DNA of 64,000 nucleotides from a virus, in IMG/VR virus record IMGVR_UViG_3300045988_159959. One strand, given 5' to 3'. Below are positions 27,301 through 35,682 of the stretch, one piece after another (the first letter of the stretch is position 1; every line of letters starts with the position of its first letter). The notes under the pieces are model-generated. The model made no database searches and was not told where the DNA came from. It was given only the letters and a program-made list of their open reading frames with translations. Made by a program: the position numbers and the translations under genes.

Positions 27301-30300
27301 GCGTGAAGGATAACTGTTACTAATTTTCCCTACAGTACCAACAGCATTGCTATCCCAAGCAAAATAATAAGCATTTGCTGCACCATTTTGCGAACTTGTC
27401 CAATAATCATCTTCTTGAATAGGTGAACCTGCTGTTTTATTCATTGCAGCCGTTATTACAGATTTATTGTAATACGCCACTTTCCATTGTCCAGTAGAAG
27501 GCAAATACCAAGAACCTACTCCAAAACCTTCTGTAGAATAGTTATTGCATTTACCTGCCGCAATATCATTTGCACTCGATTGAAAAGAAACGATAGCCTC
27601 TGTATTTGTCTTCCCACTAAAATCAATTAAAGCAACTCTCCATAATGGGTTTACAAAAGCACCTGCAATAATCTCAGCAGTAGTTGACCAAGGAGCTTCA
27701 ACAAGATTATTTAGTGCCATAAAATCAAAATCTCTGCTTCTTACATCTGTAATAACACCCACACAAGTCTTTGATGAATCCAATTCAGTAGACCAAGTTT
27801 TATCTCCATATACAAAATCACCTACTTTTGGACGAAATACAAAAGGTATCTCCTTTTGTTCAGTTACCTTAAATGTTACTTCTGTGTTATTTGAAACCAA
27901 AAGTTCTTTATTGATAGCAGGGGTATTTACATTCAACACACCGGACTGCGCTTCATAAGGTGAAGGCGGTGTCATTGTGTAGTTGTAATTTCCATACAGA
28001 ACTTTGTTTTCCGGCACTTCCGTACTTGTAAACTTCTTTCCATAGAAAGAAATAGTTATGTTAAGGCTCTTTATATCGTCTGTAGACAAAGAGCCTTCAT
28101 CTGCCGAGGCAAGATTTAAACTAAAAGCAGTGCTTTTGAACAATTCTTCCGCATCAAAAATAAGATCGGAAAGCTGGATTCTTTGAATGGTATCGTTTGT
28201 TAAAGGTAGTGTATTTGGACTTTCTACACTTCCCCAATTAGCAACAATTTTTAAATTTTCGGGAACACCAGAAACTTTTACACCAAAGTCCAAGGGCTTA
28301 TTGTAATTTATATCTACAATGGGCCCTATCATTATTATACTCAAAATATTAAATACAAATCCTGCATCGACATTAAAAACAACATAATCATTTGTAACAG
28401 TCGTTCCTTCCTCTTTCTTTACTCCTGTAAGCGTAAAATTCCTTTTCTTTGCATCCCAACTTCCATTCCATCCATCTATCCTATTTCGATTCAAAACATT
28501 GGCTGCGTTCATATTACTTGAACTGCCTGCATTATATTCTGTTATAGGAGAAAAAACCACACCATTGGGAAAGTATGTCTTCATCTGATCTCCTGGCACA
28601 CCAGCTTCCGGTATGGTATATGTTTCATTTTCAGGTAAGACAAACGTACCTGAATAATCTGCATCATCATCCTGTGACCATTCAAAATCCCCACCAGCAA
28701 AATTCATAGTGGCAACACCATTTGTACCTGTCGTACCTTTGTATTTATTAGACGGATCAAGTCGATCTACCATTTCCACAACGGCATTCTGAATAGGAGA
28801 ACTGTCAATTTCTTTTTTTACCGTAAACGTAACAGTAGAAACCTGCTGCATATTAAGTGTAACAGTTTGCGCACCGTCATTTACAGAAAAACTTCCGGAC
28901 AAATCAACATAACCGGTTTTTGTTGCCGTATAGGTGTAATTCCCATTTCTATTTTGGAACTCAACCACACCACTATCATTTGTACTTCCTGTGTCAACCT
29001 GCACGTTTTCTCTTTTAAGTGTAATATTTACACCACTAACACTTGGTATGGTCTGAAATTTAATTGTATATTTCAAATAATCTGACAAGTCAAGTTCCAA
29101 AGTTTTAACTTCTGTGCCCACTTGGAAAGTTCCATCCGGCACATCAATCAAATCGGTATTATCCGTTTCACTTGTAGGGATAGAATAGACATAATTTCCC
29201 GAAGGTAAACTTATCGTAGCAATACCTTGTTGATTGGTAACGATCGTTTCCGGAAGTGCCCTTACTTTTGCTTTACCTGCTTTTGTAGCTTGGCTTATCA
29301 CAATCTTTACATTTGCCAAATTACCGCTTTTGGCAGTTGTATGAAAAGTGACAACAGCACCGGCATTAATTGTAATATCTACACTTTTTTCTGCTTCTTC
29401 AATCTGTACCGTACCACTGCCACCAACATACCCATCTTTTGAATAGGTGTATGTATGTGTACCGGTAGAAAGATTGGTTGCTGCAATACCTCCATTTGCG
29501 GTCGTAAGCGTTTCCGAACCGTCAATAACAATCTGAACGCCATCCACAGGAGAACCCAAATTATCCTTTACCGTAAATGTTGTTTCAAAGCCATACGTTA
29601 ATTCAACTTCCTTTATTTCGTCAGCATCATTAATGCTTCCTACACCTTCTTCCGGAGAGTAACCCGTAAGCGAAGCGTTCCAATCATAAGCACCATTTAC
29701 AACCTGTACCGGATCAGTCGTGCCATCTTCCTTTGTTGTAAGTATAGTAGAACCATCCACAAGAGCCTCACCACTTACGTTAATAGTAACACCTTGTAAA
29801 ACCGTTTTTTCAGCCGCACTAACTTTGAAAGACAAATTCCAGATTTTCTTTAATATCTGGGTAAAGGTTTCTTCACCAGAAACTTCAAGAGATAATTCTT
29901 CACCTTTGTAACCACCCTTTGCAAAAGTAGCGATATAACTTCCTGCTTTCAAGCTAACCGTAGCTTCACCACTTGCGTTTGTTGTAAGAGCATCTTCTCT
30001 ACCGGATATCTGAATTTCAACATCCTGCAAAAGATTAGGAGAAGCCATATTGTCCTTTACAACAAACGTAACATCATAAGACATTGCTGTAACTGTAACT
30101 GCTACGTTCTTGTCTGCGTTTGCTACAGTAACACTTCCTTCCTGCTGTACATATCCAGCTTTAGTAACTATATAAGAGTATGTGCCATTAGAAAGCGGAA
30201 CCGTTACCAAACCACCCTGTGAAGTCTGATAATCATTATCATTTACATGAAGATTTGCATTACCAACCGCAACACCTTCATCTGTTGTTACAGCAAAAGT

Positions 30301-32925
30301 AATGTTATACTTTCTATATTCCATATCCACCGTAACCAACGGTATATCTGCGCTTGCTACCGTCAAATCATCAGAATAATCATCCATTCCGGTAGCTGTA
30401 ATGGTAAATGGATATGTACCGTTCTTTAACTGCAAAGATACTTGCCCGTTTGATTGTGTCTGATAAGTGTTATTATTGATAGTTACCGTAGCGTTTTCAA
30501 TAGGCTGTCGCTCCGGGTCTCTTACAGACAAGATTACATTATACAATCTTGCTTGTAAATTGACAACCGAACTATTATCACTATCCAAAACAGTAACCGA
30601 AGAATTACCATCGTAATAACCGGATTTTGTAACAGTGTAAGGATACGTGCCGTTTTGCAAACTTACAGTAACCTGACCTTTATCGTTGGTAGGGTAGGAA
30701 CTGCTATTAATATTTACTGCCGCGCCCTGAACCGGTTCGTTGCTATCACTATCCAAAACAGTAATAACAACATTGTAATGTTTCAAATCAAGCGTTCTTT
30801 CGATATTAACATTCTGTCCCTGTACATTAAACGAACCGGTCAAATCATCATACCCTCTTTTTGTAATAGTATAATTATATTCACCGTTCTTCAATTTTGT
30901 AGTTGCCTGCCCTAAACTGTTTACAGGTAGTGCAGACGGTTGTCCTTGTATTGTTACAAGTGCGCCTTCTGCCGGCGTACCTTGATTTACTTGATAAACA
31001 TTAAACAAAACATCGTACAAGAAATAATCCAACTCAAATGTCACATCTGCATTTGAATTATTAACTGTAATTGATCCATTCAATGTATCATATCCGGTTT
31101 TTTCAATCGTCACAGGGTATTGACCGTTTACAAGCGGAATCTCCACTTCTCCTTGTTGATTGGTAGGATATTGACCGTTATTTACTTTAACAACAGCGTT
31201 AGCGATAGGATCGTTCTCTGCGTCTTTTACAATAACTGTAATCGTCCATACGGTAAACTCCATTTCTACATTTACCTGTGCATTGCCATCCTGCACGACT
31301 ACATTGTTGGAATAATCATCGTATCCCAACTTTGAAATCAAATAAGGATAATTCCCATTTCTCGCCGACAAAGTAGCAACACCCTCTATATTGGTAGTGG
31401 TTGTTCTATTGTCCATTGTCACATTTGCGTAAGGCACTGCCGCGCCTCTTTCATCCCGTACGCGGAAAGTAACTGTATAAGGTGCTCTAACCATTTCCAC
31501 ATCAATAGAAACACCGCCATTCAGAACAACAAACGTTCCTTCTACCGGAATATATCCTTGCAAAGAAGCAATATATGAGTATTGTCCGTTTGCAAGCTGC
31601 AAAGAAGCCTGTCCCTGTTCATTTGTTGAAATGCCATTGTTGCCAATAGAAATATTTACACCTTCTACCGGGTTCCCATCTGAATCTTTTACATTGAAAA
31701 ATGCTGTCTGATAAAGATTCAGAGAACTGTCATTAATACCGACAAACAAATCTTCTGATTCCGCCGGATAGAACAAAGGTGAAAGATTGCTATCAGAATC
31801 ATACAAGATATTGCCATCCTGATCCCGCATAATAAATCCTCTGATACGCGGCAATTGATTCGCCGGGACTTGCTGATCGTAATACGGGAAAAAGTATTCA
31901 TCCGGCACATATTTCACACCTTCTGTCTTTTTCACAATATCCAATAAATCGTCCCATTCAACAACATCACCCGGTGTCCAAAAACGGAAATCCAAATACT
32001 TAGTAAGGTTTACTTGGATATTCTGGCGCACTGTAGCTACATCGTAATCCGGCTGTAATTGCACACGGAAATCCAATCCTCTTTCAGAACCAACATAAAA
32101 CCAATCTATGTTTTTAAGAGAAATTCCTACGGCTTTTCCCTCTATATTCAAATCCGAAAGACTGAAATACCCTTGTACCTGTTCAAGCAATGTTCCTAAT
32201 TCATCCTCCGTAAAGAAAATACCATTCTGTGATACGATATAAAGGTTATAAATGCCTTGTTCGTTTAATCCAGCAGCCATCACCTTTAAAACACGATCAT
32301 CAATACCGTTCAATACTTGTGTCCAGTATTCTACAGTATTCTTACTTAGAACATTCAGATTGTTTTTGATACGAATACGAAAAGTTTCATCGTCTTCGCT
32401 ATCCCGTCCGCCAATAGCATAATACTCATTCGTACATTCGATATGCCCTTGTGGTTGTGGATTGACATTCGTAATACTATTAGGCGCAACATTGGTAGTA
32501 TAGCCTGCATTCACGCTCCTTACCTTTACATAGCCATAACCGCTTTCACCCACTGTAAGAGATTCGTCCACCTGAAAACGAATACCATTCTTACTTACAA
32601 AAGTAACAGTGGTATCATATACAGTGCCCGGATCGGCAGACACCCTAATATAAGTAGAAGAACCGAGTGCTCCCTTTCGAGGACTTACCCCATACAAAGC
32701 AGCCGCCTTATCCAAATAAACGCCGGTTGCCGTGTCTGGGAATATCTGCGCTTCTTTTATGGCAATATCTTTCATCGCCTTTTGAGCCACTTTAGCTACA
32801 CCGAATGCAGTTGCGTTCACAACCGAACCGTCCGCCACATTACTTACTTTGGCAGTTTTATCCAAAAACATCTCTATAAAGAGATTTTTCAAATTGGTTA
32901 TCGTTGCACTTGTTTTCGTTATCAT
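24346..32925 (-). CDS. Baseplate J-like protein fused to a giant fibre (2859 aa). Contains CarboxypepD_reg-like repeat arrays, three DUF1566/Lcl-C-like modules and a Gly-rich C-terminal domain
   Basis: The N-terminal ~380 aa resemble baseplate J/gp6-type proteins (AFGVAKVAQKAM..., YLDKAAALYGVSPRKGA, GYTTNVAPNSITNV, YYAIGGRDSEDDETFRIRI). About 13+5 beta-sandwich repeats follow. LPS.GE...YWSS-type modules occur three times. Confidence 0.7.
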   Translation of the reverse strand: MITKTSATITNLKNLFIEMFLDKTAKVSNVADGSVVNATAFGVAKVAQKAMKDIAIKEAQIFPDTATGVYLDKAAALYGVSPRKGALGSSTYIRVSADPGTVYDTTVTFVSKNGIRFQVDESLTVGESGYGYVKVRSVNAGYTTNVAPNSITNVNPQPQGHIECTNEYYAIGGRDSEDDETFRIRIKNNLNVLSKNTVEYWTQVLNGIDDRVLKVMAAGLNEQGIYNLYIVSQNGIFFTEDELGTLLEQVQGYFSLSDLNIEGKAVGISLKNIDWFYVGSERGLDFRVQLQPDYDVATVRQNIQVNLTKYLDFRFWTPGDVVEWDDLLDIVKKTEGVKYVPDEYFFPYYDQQVPANQLPRIRGFIMRDQDGNILYDSDSNLSPLFYPAESEDLFVGINDSSLNLYQTAFFNVKDSDGNPVEGVNISIGNNGISTNEQGQASLQLANGQYSYIASLQGYIPVEGTFVVLNGGVSIDVEMVRAPYTVTFRVRDERGAAVPYANVTMDNRTTTTNIEGVATLSARNGNYPYLISKLGYDDYSNNVVVQDGNAQVNVEMEFTVWTITVIVKDAENDPIANAVVKVNNGQYPTNQQGEVEIPLVNGQYPVTIEKTGYDTLNGSITVNNSNADVTFELDYFLYDVLFNVYQVNQGTPAEGALVTIQGQPSALPVNSLGQATTKLKNGEYNYTITKRGYDDLTGSFNVQGQNVNIERTLDLKHYNVVITVLDSDSNEPVQGAAVNINSSSYPTNDKGQVTVSLQNGTYPYTVTKSGYYDGNSSVTVLDSDNSSVVNLQARLYNVILSVRDPERQPIENATVTINNNTYQTQSNGQVSLQLKNGTYPFTITATGMDDYSDDLTVASADIPLVTVDMEYRKYNITFAVTTDEGVAVGNANLHVNDNDYQTSQGGLVTVPLSNGTYSYIVTKAGYVQQEGSVTVANADKNVAVTVTAMSYDVTFVVKDNMASPNLLQDVEIQISGREDALTTNASGEATVSLKAGSYIATFAKGGYKGEELSLEVSGEETFTQILKKIWNLSFKVSAAEKTVLQGVTINVSGEALVDGSTILTTKEDGTTDPVQVVNGAYDWNASLTGYSPEEGVGSINDADEIKEVELTYGFETTFTVKDNLGSPVDGVQIVIDGSETLTTANGGIAATNLSTGTHTYTYSKDGYVGGSGTVQIEEAEKSVDITINAGAVVTFHTTAKSGNLANVKIVISQATKAGKAKVRALPETIVTNQQGIATISLPSGNYVYSIPTSETDNTDLIDVPDGTFQVGTEVKTLELDLSDYLKYTIKFQTIPSVSGVNITLKRENVQVDTGSTNDSGVVEFQNRNGNYTYTATKTGYVDLSGSFSVNDGAQTVTLNMQQVSTVTFTVKKEIDSSPIQNAVVEMVDRLDPSNKYKGTTGTNGVATMNFAGGDFEWSQDDDADYSGTFVLPENETYTIPEAGVPGDQMKTYFPNGVVFSPITEYNAGSSSNMNAANVLNRNRIDGWNGSWDAKKRNFTLTGVKKEEGTTVTNDYVVFNVDAGFVFNILSIIMIGPIVDINYNKPLDFGVKVSGVPENLKIVANWGSVESPNTLPLTNDTIQRIQLSDLIFDAEELFKSTAFSLNLASADEGSLSTDDIKSLNITISFYGKKFTSTEVPENKVLYGNYNYTMTPPSPYEAQSGVLNVNTPAINKELLVSNNTEVTFKVTEQKEIPFVFRPKVGDFVYGDKTWSTELDSSKTCVGVITDVRSRDFDFMALNNLVEAPWSTTAEIIAGAFVNPLWRVALIDFSGKTNTEAIVSFQSSANDIAAGKCNNYSTEGFGVGSWYLPSTGQWKVAYYNKSVITAAMNKTAGSPIQEDDYWTSSQNGAANAYYFAWDSNAVGTVGKISNSYPSRPFCTYEYNPIPNGVYICDYSGNRYTTEEWVSSGKSSSEAIGVGVATDNAAFMISSTYLQNTQTWGSDTDLDSPFDGPNFIAYLPQLFHGKAYTDYMVSLLDSSSAARYCKDVVAPGFPKGSGYLPSTGEADVLHDNLSAVNTALELIDATAAIPASKMWTSIVEGTDSAYYSNVEAGTREVQIRNTAGNVLPFFPFPFKGGMEEGVYILGKNNKLYEKDQYSSTIDDTVGVAVMVSGSQFVISKAANFANIEWANSGGLIDGIVTTTARSIAMEDFAGESNTDKLVEQLGSNAPAAYSCRTTTDLFPEGYTGYLPSLGELTLAYYYKDQIEACMTKIGGRTVFGTFRLWSSTQRDENNAWTMAANTGGAIYDTKASQRYARAFARVRNIISTPIFGALVKMTSIAGTVTGTTNDEGEAVLSVELNQSYNYEVSADTYLTATGNAGTVTEAKTIEVALQPGNELNITIHKNNLFGDIISGVQVVVSDQTTEQVYATGTTPASGALILYLPTGTFKITVQKDGYVSKEGTVTISEGDGNKYEVYMEEIFSYFEVQIKRAGSISGYVPSEIQPRNPGETIALQTASTSTGTATFNNVTYGTYDLYMPEGDYSKEITQRINVTSNGMQVQLNVTPLYYVHIKVLPAGGQITLVDSDGKSHQGSAVPATYTASIPKVPAGNYSITITSEGYDTFTTNGVFDVIFGQSFSLEYTLTKPNKLVQITSDQKNYILDTSYKYISLLLVGRGGVGKNTDNAPNAPQWIGGCMGGDGGMIAYKKNIITSSDGVGGIGWITQIDFRHSMSGSSSPGLYVRYNQSLGNEITAFLGDMSNGQDHRQDYWEFALNGETDSGLFVYGRTEGGLATSVLTAGSGGSYGNGEQTTSTATTMQGGEGGDGRLGTQGPDYNTGIRASETIPIQSVFGGIGTGGLSYFISTTNCKASGGGGYGEANPNGSAGYGAGGTCFKIGSGTNDYNEGAGIVCIYYHNNPI
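28680..31700 (-). repeat. Tandem array (~13 units) of ~75-85-aa CarboxypepD_reg-like repeats (protein-level)
   Basis: Example units: YNVVITVLDSDSNEPVQGAAVNINSSSYPTNDKGQVTVSLQNGTYPYTVTKSGYYD and YNVILSVRDPERQPIENATVTINNNTYQTQSNGQVSLQLKNGTYPFTITATGMDD. Boundaries approximate. Confidence 0.6.
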
Positions 32926-32936
32926 CTGAATATCAA

Positions 32937-33887
32937 TTATATAGGAACATTAACTAAATAATCTTTCTTTGTTACGGTTTTACATTGCAAAGAAAGGAAC
33001 ACCGCATCATCCTCTCTTTTTACGTCCATAAGTTCCACAGAATCCCATCTCGAATCTCTTTGGAACATATTCATAACGTTCTTAAAAATAGACGGATATT
33101 GAATGGCGTTTACTGTCGTGCCAATAAACTCATTCGCAATACCATAATCCTTAAATTCAGGTATTGCGCCCTTTTGTGCAGACAAAATGGCATCAAGAGC
33201 TTGCCGTATAGCATCATCTCCTACCACTATCTTCAAATCGTCATTTTCAAACACAAAATTAAGGTCAATATCCCGTCCCAATATATTGTCGCCTACCAAT
33301 ACGTCTACTACCGTGTCAAGATAATTGTTACCGATATTTTTAAGATTGACACAAAAAATGCCTCCACCATCAGTAAATGAATAATCAGTTTCTTCTATAT
33401 ATTGAGGAATTGTAATATTCATCCAATCATCTTCCGGGTTTTCACTATTAAGTTGTCTTGCCACATCTTCAAACCGCTCTCCCGTTCTCAAATGTTTTTC
33501 AAGCTGCAAAGTATTGTTTCTCTCCAAAGAAGAACTGCGGAGCCACCTTGCAGAACTCTTTATAGTAGAAAGTTTGGTTTGCGTTTCTGTAAAATTATCC
33601 AATATCTCCCACATGGAAATATCATCCAAAGTATTCTCATGTAAGATAAATAGAGGTTCAATCGTTTCGGATTCTCTTACCAGCTCAACCAAACGCAAAA
33701 AAGAATCCTTATCAAGCTCACCACCATTACTATAATAGTCAGCGATCAAAGGATAATCATTGGTGCAAAAATCCACAAACTTCTGAAAGTAGGATTTTAT
33801 ATCATACCCGGTTATTCTGAAAAATTTATCGAACATATCCTCAACCATTGCCCAATAATCCTTTTGAAAGTGAACTTGCAAACTCAT
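32937..33887 (-). CDS. baseplate-module protein (position-based)
   Basis: 316-aa ORF immediately upstream of the baseplate J-like gene. Confidence 0.4.
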   Translation of the reverse strand: MSLQVHFQKDYWAMVEDMFDKFFRITGYDIKSYFQKFVDFCTNDYPLIADYYSNGGELDKDSFLRLVELVRESETIEPLFILHENTLDDISMWEILDNFTETQTKLSTIKSSARWLRSSSLERNNTLQLEKHLRTGERFEDVARQLNSENPEDDWMNITIPQYIEETDYSFTDGGGIFCVNLKNIGNNYLDTVVDVLVGDNILGRDIDLNFVFENDDLKIVVGDDAIRQALDAILSAQKGAIPEFKDYGIANEFIGTTVNAIQYPSIFKNVMNMFQRDSRWDSVELMDVKREDDAVFLSLQCKTVTKKDYLVNVPI

Positions 33888-34623
33888 TTATCCCCTTTTG
33901 TATAACATTAGAAGAACACATTGATACAAGGGAACTCTTTGCTCCTTTCGTTGCGGAAACAGCCTCCAAAGGAGCTATAACCGTCATTTCAAGATTATAT
34001 TCCCATATCATATTTTTAGAAATATTCTGACTGAACGTTACCCCTCTTGGCGGGATAGTAACCAAATAGCTTTCTCCTAATGCCATATTATAAAAATACA
34101 ACTTCATAGGAAAGCCCAATTCATCCACCCCGTTACTTTTGTCTATAATAGACTGCAATATCTTAATACAACCATATCCGGTTTTTATACCGGTATTAAA
34201 AGAAGGCATTGTAAGTGAACTTGTACTTTTCCCTTGCAATTGGTAAAGATAACGTTTTCCTGCTGCTATACTGAAAGCCGCACCGGTTAAAGAAACGCTA
34301 TCGGAACCGGATAAAAGAATCTTGAATGTTCGTCCAAAATTCCCTTTTATGGATATAGATTGCGGCATAAATACCGGAGAAGTCAAAACAGTAACGCCAC
34401 CTGCCGTATTAACCACAGTCGTTCTTTTCGGCTCGCTCTTGTCAATACTTTCCGGGCTAATAGGAAAAGTGAAGACATCAATCGTATTATCCTTAGAATC
34501 TGCCAATTCCAAAGAGCACATATACACCTCAAAATCATTCGGGAATTGCGTTGCCATCATGGAACGCCCCAAATTTTTAAGCGTCGACTTTGCTGTCTTT
34601 ACTACTGAATCCAAAACTGCCAC
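33841..34623 (-). CDS. baseplate-module protein (position-based)
   Basis: 260-aa ORF between the spike-like gene and the J-like gene. Confidence 0.4.
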   Translation of the reverse strand: MAVLDSVVKTAKSTLKNLGRSMMATQFPNDFEVYMCSLELADSKDNTIDVFTFPISPESIDKSEPKRTTVVNTAGGVTVLTSPVFMPQSISIKGNFGRTFKILLSGSDSVSLTGAAFSIAAGKRYLYQLQGKSTSSLTMPSFNTGIKTGYGCIKILQSIIDKSNGVDELGFPMKLYFYNMALGESYLVTIPPRGVTFSQNISKNMIWEYNLEMTVIAPLEAVSATKGAKSSLVSMCSSNVIQKGINEFASSLSKGLLGNG

Positions 34624-34647
34624 GGCTATAAGTGTTTAAATTATTCT

Positions 34648-34655
34648 CAAAAGTA
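34648..34655 (-). promoter_or_regulatory. Putative -7 box (TACTTTTG on the minus strand)
   Basis: Matches TAnnTTTG, 25 nt upstream of the ATG at 34623. Confidence 0.3.
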
Positions 34656-34675
34656 CAAACTTTTTTCATAACACA

Positions 34676-35680
34676 CTATCCCTGTGTTATTTTTTCGTTC
34701 TCATAATCAGAAGCATTAAAAGATTGTGCCGACTGCATAGGGGACGTAACGGGTACTGGAGCTGGACTTGGTACGCCTGCCGTTGCTCCGACAAGGAAAG
34801 AGCCAGCCGGCACATTGTGGGTATGAGAATTGAAAGTATTCACAAACGCATTCAACTTGCTTGTAAGATTATCCAATTCAACCAAACCTTTCAGCCCTCC
34901 TCCATTGAACTCAATTATATCATTGTTCATTTTGAGTGTAGAAGCTCCTGTTTTCAAATCCAACTGTTCTTTAGTTATTATACTTTGTACATCATCCCCA
35001 ATTTTAACCGACACGCCTGTATCGTCTACCTGTAAGGATTGTTCAAGTTCTTCTGTTTTCCAATGAAAAAAAACCTTTTCCAAATCCATAGAAACACGTC
35101 TCTCTTCTTCCTCCGGTTTTTCAGGATTAACAATTTTAGCTTCCATTTGGGTATAACTCTTTACAGAAATCATTTCACCACCCGTCACATTCACTTTACC
35201 GGTAGATTCAATATTCACCTCCGATTCAAAGGAACCGGTTGCTTTCACATTTACAGAAGCCTTTTCAGGGGAATTGATAGAAACAGAAATTGTATTATCA
35301 GTAGGGTCAACCATCAAAGAAGCTGTCACATTCCCTATTGTTTTTCTAAACCGGAAAGTATTCTCTTTCCACATAGGAGATTGATCGTTTCTGCAATAAC
35401 TTCCTACTACAATAGGAATACCGTCATACGGATTAGTAGCTATTACCACTGCCGACCCTTGCTCATTTTCTTTTGAAGGAAACTCTATATTCGCCAACAC
35501 TTCGTTTGTGATATATATATCCCTAAAGAAAACACCGCCATTTCCCATAACAGAAACACGCCCGGTACGAAAGCAAGTCTCTACATACAAATCCCTGTCC
35601 ACTCCGTTAGGAATGACTATAAACCCAAATGAAATAGGTTCAGAAGAACCGTTTAATTTTCTTACCTTTCCCCCTGCCAT
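34676..35680 (-). CDS. Candidate central baseplate spike (gpV/gp5-like)
   Basis: Position after the hub-sized gene. The C-terminal NSHTHNVPAG contains an HxH motif like the metal-binding apex of P2 gpV-type spikes. Confidence 0.4.
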   Translation of the reverse strand: MAGGKVRKLNGSSEPISFGFIVIPNGVDRDLYVETCFRTGRVSVMGNGGVFFRDIYITNEVLANIEFPSKENEQGSAVVIATNPYDGIPIVVGSYCRNDQSPMWKENTFRFRKTIGNVTASLMVDPTDNTISVSINSPEKASVNVKATGSFESEVNIESTGKVNVTGGEMISVKSYTQMEAKIVNPEKPEEEERRVSMDLEKVFFHWKTEELEQSLQVDDTGVSVKIGDDVQSIITKEQLDLKTGASTLKMNNDIIEFNGGGLKGLVELDNLTSKLNAFVNTFNSHTHNVPAGSFLVGATAGVPSPAPVPVTSPMQSAQSFNASDYENEKITQG

Positions 35681-35682
35681 AA

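Noticed and set aside
15065-32925. Diversity-generating retroelement targeting the fibre genes
   Set aside because: No reverse transcriptase ORF (YxDD) is in the window, and no template/variable repeat pair was seen by eye. The repeats are diverged protein-domain arrays. I cannot fully exclude an RT outside the window.
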